DNA from: Squalus acanthias
Lineage: Eukaryota
Reading direction: 5' to 3'
Assembly: GCA_030390025.1 (NCBI GenBank)
Contig: CM059431.1
Location: 98,086,001 to 98,150,000 of the forward strand
DNA length: 64,000 nt
Shown: positions 51,201 to 63,797 of the stretch, in pieces
Numbering within the stretch: the first letter of the stretch is position 1
How the letters are laid out: each line of letters opens with the position of its first letter
Translations under genes and position numbers: made by a program
Notes under the pieces: model-generated
The model's input: only the letters and a program-made list of their open reading frames with translations
Told to the model about the DNA's origin: nothing
Database searches by the model: none

Positions 51201-54200
51201 AGGAGTGTATCCCACAGTGAGGAGTCTATCCCACAGTGAGGATTCTATCCCACAGTGAGGAGCCTATCCCACAGTGAAGAGTTTATCCCACAGTGAACTG
51301 TCTATCCCACAGTGAGGAGTCTATCCCACAGTGAGGAGTCTATCACACAGTGTGGATTCTATCCCACAGTGAGGAGTCTATCCCACAGTGTGGAGTCAAT
51401 CCGACAGTGAGGAGTCTATGCCACAGTGAGGAGTCTATCCCACAGTGAGGATTCTATCCCACAGTGAGGAGTCTATCCCACAGTGAAGAGTTTATCCCAC
51501 AGTGAACTGTCTATCCCACAGTGAGGAGTCTATCCCACAGTGAGGAGTCTATCACACAGTGTGGATTCTATCCCACAGTGAGGAGTCTATCCCACAGTGT
51601 GGAGTCAATCCGACAGTGAGGAGTCTATCCCACAGTGAGGAGTCTATCCCACAGTGAGGATTCTATGCCACAGTGTGGAGTCTATCCCACAGTGAGGATT
51701 CTATCCCACAGTGAGGAGTCTATCCCACAGTGAAGAGTCTATCCCACAGTGAGGAGTGTATCCCACAGTGAGGAGTCTATCCCACAGTGAATAGTCTATC
51801 CCACAGTGAGGAGTCTATCCCACAGTGAGGAGTCTATCCCACAGTGAAGAGTCTATCCCACAGTGAGGAGTCTATCCCACAGTGAATAGTCTCTCCCACA
51901 GTGAGGAGTCTATCCCACAGTGAGCAGTCTATTCCACAGTGAAGAGCCTATTCCACAGTGAGGATCCTATCCCACAGTGAAGATTCTATCCCACAGTGAG
52001 GATTCTATCCCACAGTAAGGAATCTATCCCGCAGTGAGGACTCTATCCCACAGTGAAGAGTCTATCCCACAGTGCTGAGTCTATCCCACAGTGAAGAGTC
52101 TATCACACAGTGAGGAGTCTATCCCACAGTGAGGAGTCTATCCCACAGTGAATAGTCTATCCCACAGTGAGGAGTCTATCCCACAGTGAGGAGTCTATCC
52201 CACAGTGAAGAGTCTATCCCACAGTGAGGAGTCTATCCCACAGTGAATAATCTCTCCCACAGTGAGGAGTCTATCCCACAGTGAGCAGTCTATTCCACAG
52301 TGAAGAGCCTATTCCACAGTGAGGATTCTATCCCACAGTGAAGATTCTATCCCACAGTGAGGATTCTATCCCACAGTAAGGAATCTATCGCACAGTGAGG
52401 ATTCTATCCCACAGTGAAGAGTCTATCCCACAGTGAGGAGTGTATCCCACAGTGAGGAGTCTATCCCACAGTGAAGAGTCTATCCCACAGTGTGGAGTCT
52501 ATCCCTCAGAGCGGAGTCTATCCTACAGTGAGGATTCTATCCCACAGTGAAGATTCTATCCCACAGTGAAGAGTCTATCCCACAGTAAAGATTCTATCCC
52601 ACAGTGAGGAGTCTATCCCACAGTGAAGAGTCTATCCCACAGTGAGGATCTATCCCACAGTGAGGAGTCTATCCCACGGTGAGGATTCTATCCCACAATG
52701 AGGAGTCTATTCCACAGTGAATAGTCTATCCCACAGTGAGGAATCTATCCCACAGTGAGGAGTCTATCCCACAGTGAGGATCTATCCCACAGTGAGGATT
52801 CTATCCCACAGTGAGGAGTCTGTCCCACAGTGAGGATTCTATCCCACAGTGAGGATTCTAACCCACAGTGAGGATTCTATCCCACAGTGAGGATCTATCA
52901 CACAGTGAGGAGACTATCCCACAGTGAAAAGTCTATCCCACAGTGAGGATTCTATCCCACAGTGAGGAGTCTATTCCACAGTGAATAGTCTATCCCACAG
53001 TGAGGAATCTATCCCACAGTGAGGAGTCTATCCCACAGTGAGGATCTATCCCACAGTGAGGATTCTATCCCACAGTGAGGAGTTTATCCCACAGTGAGGA
53101 GTCTATCCCACAATGAGGATTCTATCCCACAGTGAGGAGTCTATCCCACAGTGAGGAGTCTAGCCCACAGTGAGGAATCTATCCCACAGTGAGGATTCTA
53201 TCCCACAGTGAGGAGTCTATTCCACAGTGACTAGTCTAACCCAGTGAGGATTCTATTCCACAGTGAGGATTCTATCCCACAGTGAGGATTCTATCCCACA
53301 GTGAGGAGTCTATTCCACAGTGAAGTGTCTAGCCACAGTGAGGATTCTATCCCACAGTGAGGAGTCTATCCTACAGTGAGGAGTGTATCCCACAGTGCGG
53401 AGTCTATCCCACAGTGAGGATTCTATGCCACAGTGAGGAGTCTATCCCACAGTGAGGATTCTATCCCACAGTGAGGAGTCTATCCCACAGTGAAGAGTTT
53501 ATCCCACAGTGAGGAGTCTATCCCACAGTGAAGAGTCTATCCCACAGTGAGGAGTCTATCCCACAGTGAAGAGTCTATCCCACAGTGAGGAGTCTATCCC
53601 ACAGTGAATATTCTCTCCCACAGTGAGGAGTCTATCCCACAGTGAGCAGTCTATTCCACAGTGAAGAGCCTATTCCACAGTGAGGATTCTATCCCATAGT
53701 GAAGATTCTATCCCACAGTGAGGATTCTATCCCACAGTAAGGAATCTATCCCACAGTGAGGATTCTATCCCACAGTGAAGAGTCTATCCCACAGTGAGGA
53801 GTGTATCCCACAGTGAGGAGTCTATCCCACAGTGAAGAGTCTATCCCACAGTGTGGAGTCTATCCCACAGTGAGTATTCTATCCTGCAGTGAGGAGTCTA
53901 TCCCAAAGTGAAGAGTCTATCCCACAGTGAGGAGTCTATCCCACAGTGAAGAGTCTATCCCACAGTGAGGAGTCTATCCCACAGTGAATAGTCTCTCCCA
54001 CAGTGAGGAGTCTATCCCACAGTGAGCAGTCTATTCCACAGTGCAGAGCCTATTCCACAGTGAGGATTCTATCCCACAGTGAAGATTCTATCCCACAGTG
54101 AGGATTCTATCCTACAGTGAGGAGTCTATCCTACAGTGAGGATTCTATCCCACAGTGAAGGGTCTATCCCACAGTGCGGATTCAATCCCACAGTGAGGAT

Positions 54201-57200
54201 TCTATCCCACAGTGAAGAGTCTATCCCACAGTGAGGATTCAATTCCACAGTGAGGAGTCTATCCCATAGTGAAGATTCTATTCCACAGTGAGGAGTCTAT
54301 CCCACAATGAAGATTCTATTCCACAGTGAGGAGTCTATCCCACAGTGAGGAGTCTATCCCACAGTGAAGATTGTATCCCACAGTGAGGAGTCTATCCCAC
54401 AGTGAGGAATCTATACCACAATGAGGTGTCTATCCCACAGTGAGGATTCTATCCCACAGTGAGTAGTCAACCCACAGTTTGGAGTCTATCCCACAGTGAG
54501 GAGTCTATTCCACAGTGAGGAGTCTATCCCACAGTGAAGAGTCTATCCCACAGTGAGGAGTCTATCCCACAGTGAGGAGTCTATCCCACAGTGAGGAGTC
54601 TATCCCACAGTGAAGATTCTATTCCACAGTGAGGATTCTATTCCACAGTGTGGACTCTATCCCACATTGAAGATTCTATCCCACAGTGAGGAGTCTGTCT
54701 CACAGTGAGGATTCTATCCCACAGTGAGGATTTCATCCCACAGTGAAGAGTCTATCCCACAGTGAGGATTATATCCCACAGTGAGGAGTCTATCCAACAG
54801 TGAGGATTCTATCCCACAGTGAAGAGTCCATCCCACAGTGAGGAGTGTATCCCACAGTGAGGATTCTATCCCACGGAGAAGAGTCTATCCCACAGTATGG
54901 AGTCTATCTCACAGTGAGGATTCTATCCCACAGTGAGGATTCTATCCCACAGTGAGGAGTCTATTCCACAGTGAAGAGTCTATCGCACAGTGTGGAGTCT
55001 ATCCCACAGTGAGGATTCTATCCCACAGTGAAGAGTCTATCCCACAGTAAGGATTCTATCCCACAGTGAGGATTCTATCCCACAGTGAGGATTCTATCCC
55101 ACAGTGAAGAGTCTATCCCACAGTGAGGATTCTATCACACAGTGATGAGTCTATCCCACAGTGAAGATTCTATCCCACAGTGAGGATTCGATCCCATAGT
55201 GAGGAGTCTATCCCACAGTGAGGATCTATCCCACAGTGAGGAGTCTATCCCACAGTGAGGATTCTATCCCACAGTGAGGAGTCTATTCCACAGTGAAGTG
55301 TCTATCCCACAGTGAGGATTCTATCCCACAGTGAGGAGTCTATCCCACAGTGAGGAGTCTATCCCACAGTGAATAGTCTCTCCCACAGTGAGGAGTCTAT
55401 CCCACAGTGAGCAGTCTATTCCACAGTGAAGAGCCTATTCCACAGTGAGGATTCTATCCCACAGTGAAGATTCTATCCCACAGTGAGGATTCTATCCCAC
55501 AGTAAGGAATCTATCGCACAGTGAGGATTCTATCCCACAGTGAAGAGTCTATCCCACAGTGAGGAGTGTATCCCACAGTGAGGAGTCTATCCCACAGTGA
55601 AGAGTCTATCCCACAGTGTGGAGTCTATCCCTCAGAGCGGAGTCTATCCTACAGTGAGGATTCTATCCCACAGTGAAGATTCTATCCCACAGTGAAGAGT
55701 CTATCCCACAGTAAAGATTCTATCCCACAGTGAGGAGTCTATCCCACAGTGAAGAGTCTATCCCACAGTGAGGATCTATCCCACAGTGAGGAGTCTATCC
55801 CACGGTGAGGATTCTATCCCACAATGAGGAGTCTATTCCACAGTGAATAGTCTATCCCACAGTGAGGAATCTATCCCACAGTGAGGAGTCTATCCCACAG
55901 TGAGGATCTATCCCACAGTGAGGATTCTATCCCACAGTGAGGAGTCTGTCCCACAGTGAGGATTCTATCCCACAGTGAGGATTCTAACCCACAGTGAGGA
56001 TTCTATCCCACAGTGAGGATCTATCACACAGTGAGGAGACTATCCCACAGTGAAAAGTCTATCCCACAGTGAGGATTCTATCCCACAGTGAGGAGTCTAT
56101 TCCACAGTGAATAGTCTATCCCACAGTGAGGAATCTATCCCACAGTGAGGAGTCTATCCCACAGTGAGGATCTATCCCACAGTGAGGATTCTATCCCACA
56201 GTGAGGAGTTTATCCCACAGTGAGGAGTCTATCCCACAATGAGGATTCTATCCCACAGTGAGGAGTCTATCCCACAGTGAGGAGTCTAGCCCACAGTGAG
56301 GAATCTATCCCACAGTGAGGATTCTATCCCACAGTGAGGAGTCTATTCCACAGTGACTAGTCTAACCCACAGTGAGGATTCTATCCCACAGTGAGGATTC
56401 TATCCCACAGTGAGGAGTCTATTCCACAGTGAAGTGTCTAGCCACAGTGAGGATTCTATCCCACAGTGAGGAGTCTATCCTACAGTGAGGAGTGTATCCC
56501 ACAGTGCGGAGTCTATCCCACAGTGAGGATTCTATGCCACAGTGAGGAGTCTATCCCACAGTGAGGAATCTATCCCACAGTGAGGAGTCTATCCCACAGT
56601 GAAGAGTTTATCCCACAGTGAGGAGTCTATCCCACAGTGAAGAGTCTATCCCACAGTGAGGAGTCTATCCCACAGTGAAGAGTCTATCCCACAGTGAGGA
56701 GTCTATCCCACAGTGAATATTCTCTCCCACAGTGAGGAGTCTATCCCACAGTGAGCAGTCTATTCCACAGTGAAGAGCCTATTCCACAGTGAGGATTCTA
56801 TCCCATAGTGAAGATTCTATCCCACAGTGAGGATTCTATCCCACAGTAAGGAATCTATCCCACAGTGAGGATTCTATCCCACAGTGAAGAGTCTATCCCA
56901 CAGTGAGGAGTGTATCCCACAGTGAGGAGTCTATCCCACAGTGAAGAGTCTATCCCACAGTGTGGAGTCTATCCCACAGTGAGTATTCTATCCTGCAGTG
57001 AGGAGTCTATCCCAAAGTGAAGAGTCTATCCCACAGTGAGGAGTCTATCCCACAGTGAAGAGTCTATCCCACAGTGAGGAGTCTATCCCACAGTGAATAG
57101 TCTCTCCCACAGTGAGGAGTCTATCCCACAGTGAGCAGTCTATTCCACAGTGAAGAGCCTATTCCACAGTGAGGATTCTATCCCACAGTGAAGATTCTAT

Positions 57201-59117
57201 CCCACAGTGAGGATTCTATCCTACAGTGAGGAGTCTATCCTACAGTGAGGATTCTATCCCACAGTGAAGGGTCTATCCCACAGTGCGGATTCAATCCCAC
57301 AGTGAGGATTCTATCCCACAGTGAAGAGTCTATCCCACAGTGAGGATTCAATTCCACAGTGAGGAGTCTATCCCATAGTGAAGATTCTATTCCACAGTGA
57401 GGAGTCTATCCCACAATGAAGATTCTATTCCACAGTGAGGAGTCTATCCCACAGTGAGGAGTCTATCCCACAGTGAAGATTGTATCCCACAGTGAGGAGT
57501 CTATCCCACAGTGAGGAATCTATACCACAATGAGGTGTCTATCCCACAGTGAGGATTCTATCCCACAGTGAGTAGTCAACCCACAGTTTGGAGTCTATCC
57601 CACAGTGAGGAGTCTATTCCACAGTGAGGAGTCTATCCCACAGTGAAGAGTCTATCCCACAGTGAGGAGTCTATCCCACAGTGAGGAGTCTATCCCACAG
57701 TGAGGAGTCTATCCCACAGTGAAGATTCTATTCCACAGTGAGGATTCTATTCCACAGTGTGGACTCTATCCCACATTGAAGATTCTATCCCACAGTGAGG
57801 AGTCTGTCTCACAGTGAGGATTCTATCCCACAGTGAGGATTTCATCCCACAGTGAAGAGTCTATCCCACAGTGAGGATTATATCCCACAGTGAGGAGTCT
57901 ATCCAACAGTGAGGATTCTATCCCACAGTGAAGAGTCCATCCCACAGTGAGGAGTGTATCCCACAGTGAGGATTCTATCCCACGGAGAAGAGTCTATCCC
58001 ACAGTATGGAGTCTATCTCACAGTGAGGATTCTATCCCACAGTGAGGATTCTATCCCACAGTGAGGAGTCTATTCCACAGTGAAGAGTCTATCGCACAGT
58101 GTGGAGTCTATCCCACAGTGAGGATTCTATCCCACAGTGAAGAGTCTATCCCACAGTAAGGATTCTATCCCACAGTGAGGATTCTATCCCACAGTGAGGA
58201 TTCTATCCCACAGTGAAGAGTCTATCCCACAGTGAGGATTCTATCACACAGTGATGAGTCTATCCCACAGTGAAGATTCTATCCCACAGTGAGGATTCGA
58301 TCCCATAGTGAGGAGTCTATCCCACAGTGAGGATCTATCCCACAGTGAGGAGTCTATCCCACAGTGAGGATTCTATCCCACAGTGAGGAGTCTATTCCAC
58401 AGTGAAGTGTCTATCCCACAGTGAGGATTCTATCCCACAGTGAGGAGTCTATCCCACAGTGAGGATCTATCCCACAGTGAGGAGTCTATCCCACAGTGAG
58501 GAGTCTATCCCACAGTGAGGAGTCAATCCAACAGTGAGGATTCTATCCCACAGTGAGGAGTCTATCCCACAGTGAGGATCTATCCTACGGTGTGAGGTTT
58601 ATCCCACAGTGAGGATCTATCCCACAGTGAGGAGTCTATCCCACAGTGAGGAGTCTATCCCACAGTGAGGAGTCTATCCCAAAGTGAAAAGTCTATCCCA
58701 CAGTGAGGATTCTATTCCATAGTGAGGATTCTATCCCACATTGAGGATTCGATCCCACAGTGAGGAGTCTATCCCACATTGAGGATTCGATCCCACAGTG
58801 AGGAGTCTATCCCACTTTGAGGAGTCTATCCCACAGTGAGGAGTCTATCCCACAGTGAGGAGTCTATCCCACAGTGAAGAGTCTATCCCACAGTGAAGAA
58901 TCTATCCTGCAGTGAGGTGTCCATACCACAGTGAAGAATCTATCCCACAGTGAGTAGTCTATCCCAGTGATAGTGTATCCTACGGTGAAGCATCTATCCC
59001 ACAGTGAGGAATTCTATCCTACAGTGAGTCATCTATCCCATAATGAAGAGTCTATCCCACAGTGAAGAGTCTATCCCACAATGAGGAGTCTATCCCACTG
59101 TGAAGAGTTTATTCCAC
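24245..59117. repeat. ~34.9-kb satellite array, 19-bp monomer CACAGTGAGGAGTCTATCC (roughly 1,800 copies by length/19)
   Basis: Continuous head-to-tail monomers; main variants AGGAGTC/AGGATTC/AAGAGTC/AAGATTC; occasional 18- and 20-bp units; degenerate at both edges. Confidence 0.99.
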
Positions 59118-59320
59118 TACCAGCACCTATCAAGCAGTGTGCTGCGATTTCCCAATATGTCATGTGTGGCGTTCCTGGCGGCCAGTACCTACTCACAAAA
59201 CTATCGCCTGAAACTCTTGTGAGGGGGACAGAGAAGGGCAAGACAATGTCCACCCAATCAGTATTCATGTAAACATTCCTGCAGCCTGATACATGTAGAA
59301 ATTCCACTGTGTGTACTCAC

Positions 59321-59401
59321 TCTTGCTCCTTTCTCTGGGAAACACTGGCATCCTGCACTGCAGTCTCTCCCATTACAGGGTCCCGAGTAAGACTTTCCAC
59401 C
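59321..59401 (-). CDS. col4a6: Internal coding exon (81 bp, phase 0/0) of a type IV collagen alpha2-class chain, most likely alpha-6(IV); N-terminal cysteine-rich 7S region
   Basis: Minus strand reads ttttcactttttgtttcttctgcag|GGTGGAAAG...GGAGCAAGA|gtgagt, with a strong polypyrimidine tract, AG acceptor and consensus donor. Translation is [27 protein letters not shown]. Recalled human COL4A6 has [27 protein letters not shown] and COL4A2 has [27 protein letters not shown]. Collagen IV identity is near certain; the paralogue call (a6 vs a2/a4) is less so. Confidence 0.9.
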
Positions 59402-59749
59402 CTGCAGAAGAAACAAAAAGTGAAAACAGGATGTGACTCAACAGATATTTAAGGAAACTGTCAATAATCTGATTGTGTTCGACAAATGTTTCACATTCTT
59501 CATTTGCAATCATTTAAGTCATCGCAGAGCACTTCGCAAAAACTAAGAGGAGACTCACTGTTATATCAACCCAGAGACAGGAAAATAACATGTGCAGTTC
59601 AGAGTTATATGGAGTTAGGCTAGAGAGAGAGAAATGTGAGGGATGAAATACGAGTGCAAAGAGGTCCAATTTAGGGGGCCAACATCCCGTGCCCAAATAG
59701 TGTCGGAAACACCTCTGGTACATTAACTCTCCCATCGAAGCCCATCTCT

Positions 59750-60128
59750 GGTACATAGGAACAGGAGGAGGCCATTCAGCTCCTTGAGCATGTTCCTCCA
59801 CTCAATTAGATCAGGTACCTCTGCCTTACGAAGGGGCAGCAGCTCCGAAAGCTCGTAATTTTAAATAAAACTGTTGGACTATAACCTGGTATTGTGCGAC
59901 TTCTCAATTAGATCATGGCTGATCTGTACCTGAACTCTGAACTCCATTTACCCGCCTTGGTTCCGTAACCCTTAATACCCTTACCCCAAAAAAATCTATC
60001 AATCTCAGTTTTGAAATTTTCAGTTGACCCCCAGCATCAACAGCTTTTTGGGAGGGAAAGTTCCAGATTTCCACTGCCCTTTGTGTGAAGAAGTGCTTCC
60101 TGACATCACCCCTGAACGGCCTGGCTCT
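59750..60128 (-). mobile_element. CR1 3' fragment interrupted by an 89-bp insertion (59814-59902)
   Basis: RARPFRGDVRKHFFTQRAVEIWN; CTCAATTAGATCA duplicated at 59801-59813 and 59903-59915. Confidence 0.85.
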
Positions 60129-60384
60129 ATTCCATTGCATTTCTTCCATGTTGATGCTACTTTGGGTGAGTTGCTTCTTTGTGTTTGTATGTGAAGGTAG
60201 ATCTCATTAGTCCTGACCCATCACTGGTCTCGCAACACCACTATACCCACACACACTTCAGACACATCAATTATATCCGTCATAAGGGAGAGTGCGGAAA
60301 ACAAGGATGCTGCATAATTAATTCGATATTATGTAAAATAAATAAAATGACAGATGAAAACCAGAGATTAGCTGAAGTTACTGT

Positions 60385-61032
60385 AATAACTGAGTGGAAT
60401 GGGCGGACACGTGGCAGATGAAATTCAACGCAGAGAAGTGTGAGGTGAAATATTTTGGTAGGAAAAATGAGGAGAGACCGTTGATACTAAATGGTGCAAA
60501 GGGCACCACACTTCAGGAATGACGTGAAGGCTTTGGAGAGGGTACAGAAGAGATTTACGAGAATGGTTCCAGGGATGAGGGAATTACAGTTACGTGGATA
60601 GACTGGAGAAGCTGGGGTTGTTCTCCTTGGAGCAGAGAAGGCTAAGAGGAGATTTGATAGAGGTGTTTAAAATCATGAAGAGTTTAGAAAGAGTAAATAA
60701 AGAGAAACTGTTTCCAGTGGCTGAAGGGTCGATAATGAGGGGGCACAGATTTAAGGTGATTGGGAAAAGAACCAGAGGCGACACAAGGAAAAACTTTTTT
60801 ATGCAATGAGTGGTTAGGATTTGGAATGCGCTGCCTGATAGGGCGGTGGATACAGATTCAATAGTAGCCTTCAAAAGGGAATTGGATAAATACTTGAAGG
60901 AGAAAAATTGCAGGGATATGGGGAAAGAGCGGGGGGAGTGGGACTAACTGGATTGCTCTTCGAAAGAGCCGGCGCAGACTCGATGGGCCGAATGGCCTCC
61001 TTCTGTGCTGTACTATTCTATGATTCGATGAT
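60385..61032 (+). mobile_element. CR1-type LINE fragment with internal deletions
   Basis: [28 protein letters not shown]...RGHRFKVIGKRTRG then a premature stop; ATTCTATGATTC tail. Confidence 0.9.
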
Positions 61033-61344
61033 TATAACTGAGTGCAGTGACTGACTGCAATACAGACAGAAGAGTTATTAATAATAAGAACAAACTCGCA
61101 TTTATACAGGATCTCGGTCTCCTCCTGATCGCCCGGGATTAATGTCCGCTTCACGGTGATCTGCCAGGGGACAGTTTATGCTCATTTACATTAAGCCGAC
61201 GGTCCAGTTTCAAAGGGGCCTCGGACCCACCTGGTGCCAGGATTGGTTCCCACACCCTGTTGGTGCTGGCTGGCCAACTCTATCCAATACCACCCCCACT
61301 CTTCCCAGGTCTCTGCTCTAACCTGCGCCATACGCAAATATCGT

Positions 61345-61415
61345 TATTGGCTGTAAAGCACTTTGGGACGTCCTGAGGCAGTGAAAGGCGCTCTAGAAAT
61401 GCAAGTCTTTCTTTT
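61345..61415 (+). mobile_element. Deu-SINE 3' tail fragment
   Basis: ATTGGCTGTAAAGCACTTTGGGACGTCCTGAGG...AAAGGCGCTCTAGAAATGCAAGTCTTTC. Confidence 0.7.
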
Positions 61416-61860
61416 GTTCTTACATTAAGCTGCCCGAGTTTCTGCTGTTACCCCAGTATGCCTCCCCACCCTGCGAGGTTCTGCAGCAGCGCTCTAATTC
61501 ACAAAATCTACCCTTTCATACAAGGGTGGTGAGTGGTGCTGGATCACAGCACTGAGATAATTCACCACGCAGGGATTGTTGATTCACAGAGAATAATGTG
61601 AGACTTAGTGTTCATTTGAAAGCACACCACGAACTGACCCGAAGAGCAGAGTTTAGCTGAGAGGGCACAGAGTGGTTGGGCTGTGGTTGTGGGCCGAGCA
61701 CAGTTCAGGTAGTGGTATGCTCCAGCCAGTATTGGCTCCTACTTACTCAGTCAAAACATCCACCTTAGAAAAAAAGCAGTAAAAAAATGACTACGGACAA
61801 AATCATTCATTGGTTTTCTTTTCATTTGTAATTTCTTCCTTTTCGTGATGTTCCAAACAC

Positions 61861-63797
61861 ACCTCAGGGAGAGAGAATCTCAGGGAGAGAGAACCTCAGG
61901 GAGCGAACCTCAGGGAGAGAGAACCTCAGGGAGAGAGAACCTCAGGGAGAGAGAGAACCTCAGGGAGAGAGAGAACCTCAGGGAGAGAGAACCTCAGGGA
62001 GAGAACCTCAGGGAGAGAGAACCTCAGGGAGAGAGAACCTCAGGGAGAGAGAGAACCTCAGGGAGAGAGAGAACCTCAGGGAGAGAGAGAACCTCAGGGA
62101 GAGAGAACCTCAGGGAGAGAGAACCTCAGGGAGAGAGAGAACCTCAGGGAGAGAGAACCTCAGGGAGAGAGAACCTCAGGGAGAGAGAATCTCAGGGAGA
62201 GAGAACCTCAGGGAGAGAGAATCTCAGGGAGAGAGAATCTCAGGGAGAGAACCTCAGGGAGAGAGAACCTCAGGGAGAGAGAGAACCTCAGGGAGAGAGA
62301 ACCTCAGGGAGAGAGAACCTCAGGGAGAGAGAACCTCAGGGAGAGAGAACCTCAGGGAGAGAGAACCTCAGGGAGAGAGAGAACCTCAGGGAGAGAATCT
62401 CAGGGAGAGAGAACCTCAGGGAGAGAGAGAATCTCAGGGAGAGAGAGAACCTCAGGGAGAGAATCTCAGGGAGAGAGAACCTCAGGGAGAGAGAGAATCT
62501 CAGGGAGAGAGAGAACCTCAGGGAGAGAACCTCAGGGAGAGAAGCTCAGGGAGAGAGAACCTCAGGGAGAGAAGCTCAGGGAGAGAGAACCTCAGGGAGA
62601 GAACCTCAGGGAGAGAAGCTCAGGGAGAGAAGCTCAGGGAGAGAGAACCTCAGGGAGAGAACCTCAGGGAGAGAAGCTCAGGGAGAGAGAACCTCAGGGA
62701 GAGAGAACCTCAGGGAGAGAGAACCTCAGGGAGAGAACCTCAGGGAGAGAAGCTCAGGGAGAGAGAACCTCAGGGAGAGAGAACCTCAGGGAGAGAGAAC
62801 CTCAGGGAGAGAGAGAACCTCAGGGAGAGAACCTCAGGGAGAGAGAACCTCAGGGAGAGAACCTCAGGGAGAGAGAACCTCAGGGAGAGAGAACCTCAGG
62901 GAGAGAGAGAACCTCAGGGAGAGAGAACCTCAGGGAGAGAGAACCTCAGGGAGAGAGAACCTCAGGGAGAGAGAACCTCAGGGAGAGAGAGAACCTCAGG
63001 GAGAGAGAACCTCAGGGAGAGAGAGAACCTCAGGGAGAGAGAACCTCAGGGAGAGAGAACCTCAGGGAGAGAGAACCTCAGGGAGAGAGAACCTCAGGGA
63101 GAGAGAACCTCAGGGAGAGAGAACCTCAGGGAGAGAGAGAACCTCAGGGAGAGAGAACCTCAGGGAGAGAGAACCTCAGGGAGAGAACCTCAGGGAGAGA
63201 GAACCTCAGGGAGAGAGAACCTCAGGGAGAGAGAGAACCTCAGGGAGAGAACCTCAGGGAGAGAATCTCAGGGAGAGAGAACCTCAGGGAGAGAGAGAAC
63301 CTCAGGGAGAGAACCTCAGGGAGAGAACCTCAGGGAGAGAGAACCTCAGGGAGAGAACCTCAGGGAGAGAGAACCTCAGGGAGAGAGAACCTCAGGGAGA
63401 GAGAACCTCAGGGAGAGAGAACCTCAGGGAGAGAACCTCAGGGAGAGAGAGAACCTCAGGGAGAGAACCTCAGGGAGAGAGAGAACCTCAGGGAGAGAGA
63501 ACCTCAGGGAGAGAGAACCTCAGGGAGAGAACCTCAGGGAGAGAACCTCAGGGAGAGAGAGAACCTCAGGGAGAGAGAACCTCAGGGAGAGAGAACCTCA
63601 GGGAGAGAGAGAACCTCAGGGTGAGAACCTCAGGGAGAGAGAGAACCTCAGGGAGAGAGAACCTCAGGGAGAGAACCTCAGGGAGAGAGAGAACCTCAGG
63701 GAGAGAAGCTCAGGGAGAGAGAGAACCTCAGGGAGAGAGAACCTCAGGGAGAGAACCTCAGGGAGAGAGAACCTCAGGGAGAGAACCTCACGGAGAG
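61861..63797. repeat. ~1.9-kb compound minisatellite ACCTCAGG(GA)n with variable GA count (units of 14-20 bp)
   Basis: Direct reading; fixed core with a variable dinucleotide run, minor ATCTCAGG/AGCTCAGG variants. Confidence 0.97.

Noticed and set aside
24245..59117. CRISPR-like array or telomeric repeat
   Set aside because: No unique spacers, no cas genes, eukaryotic context, and the unit is not TTAGGG.
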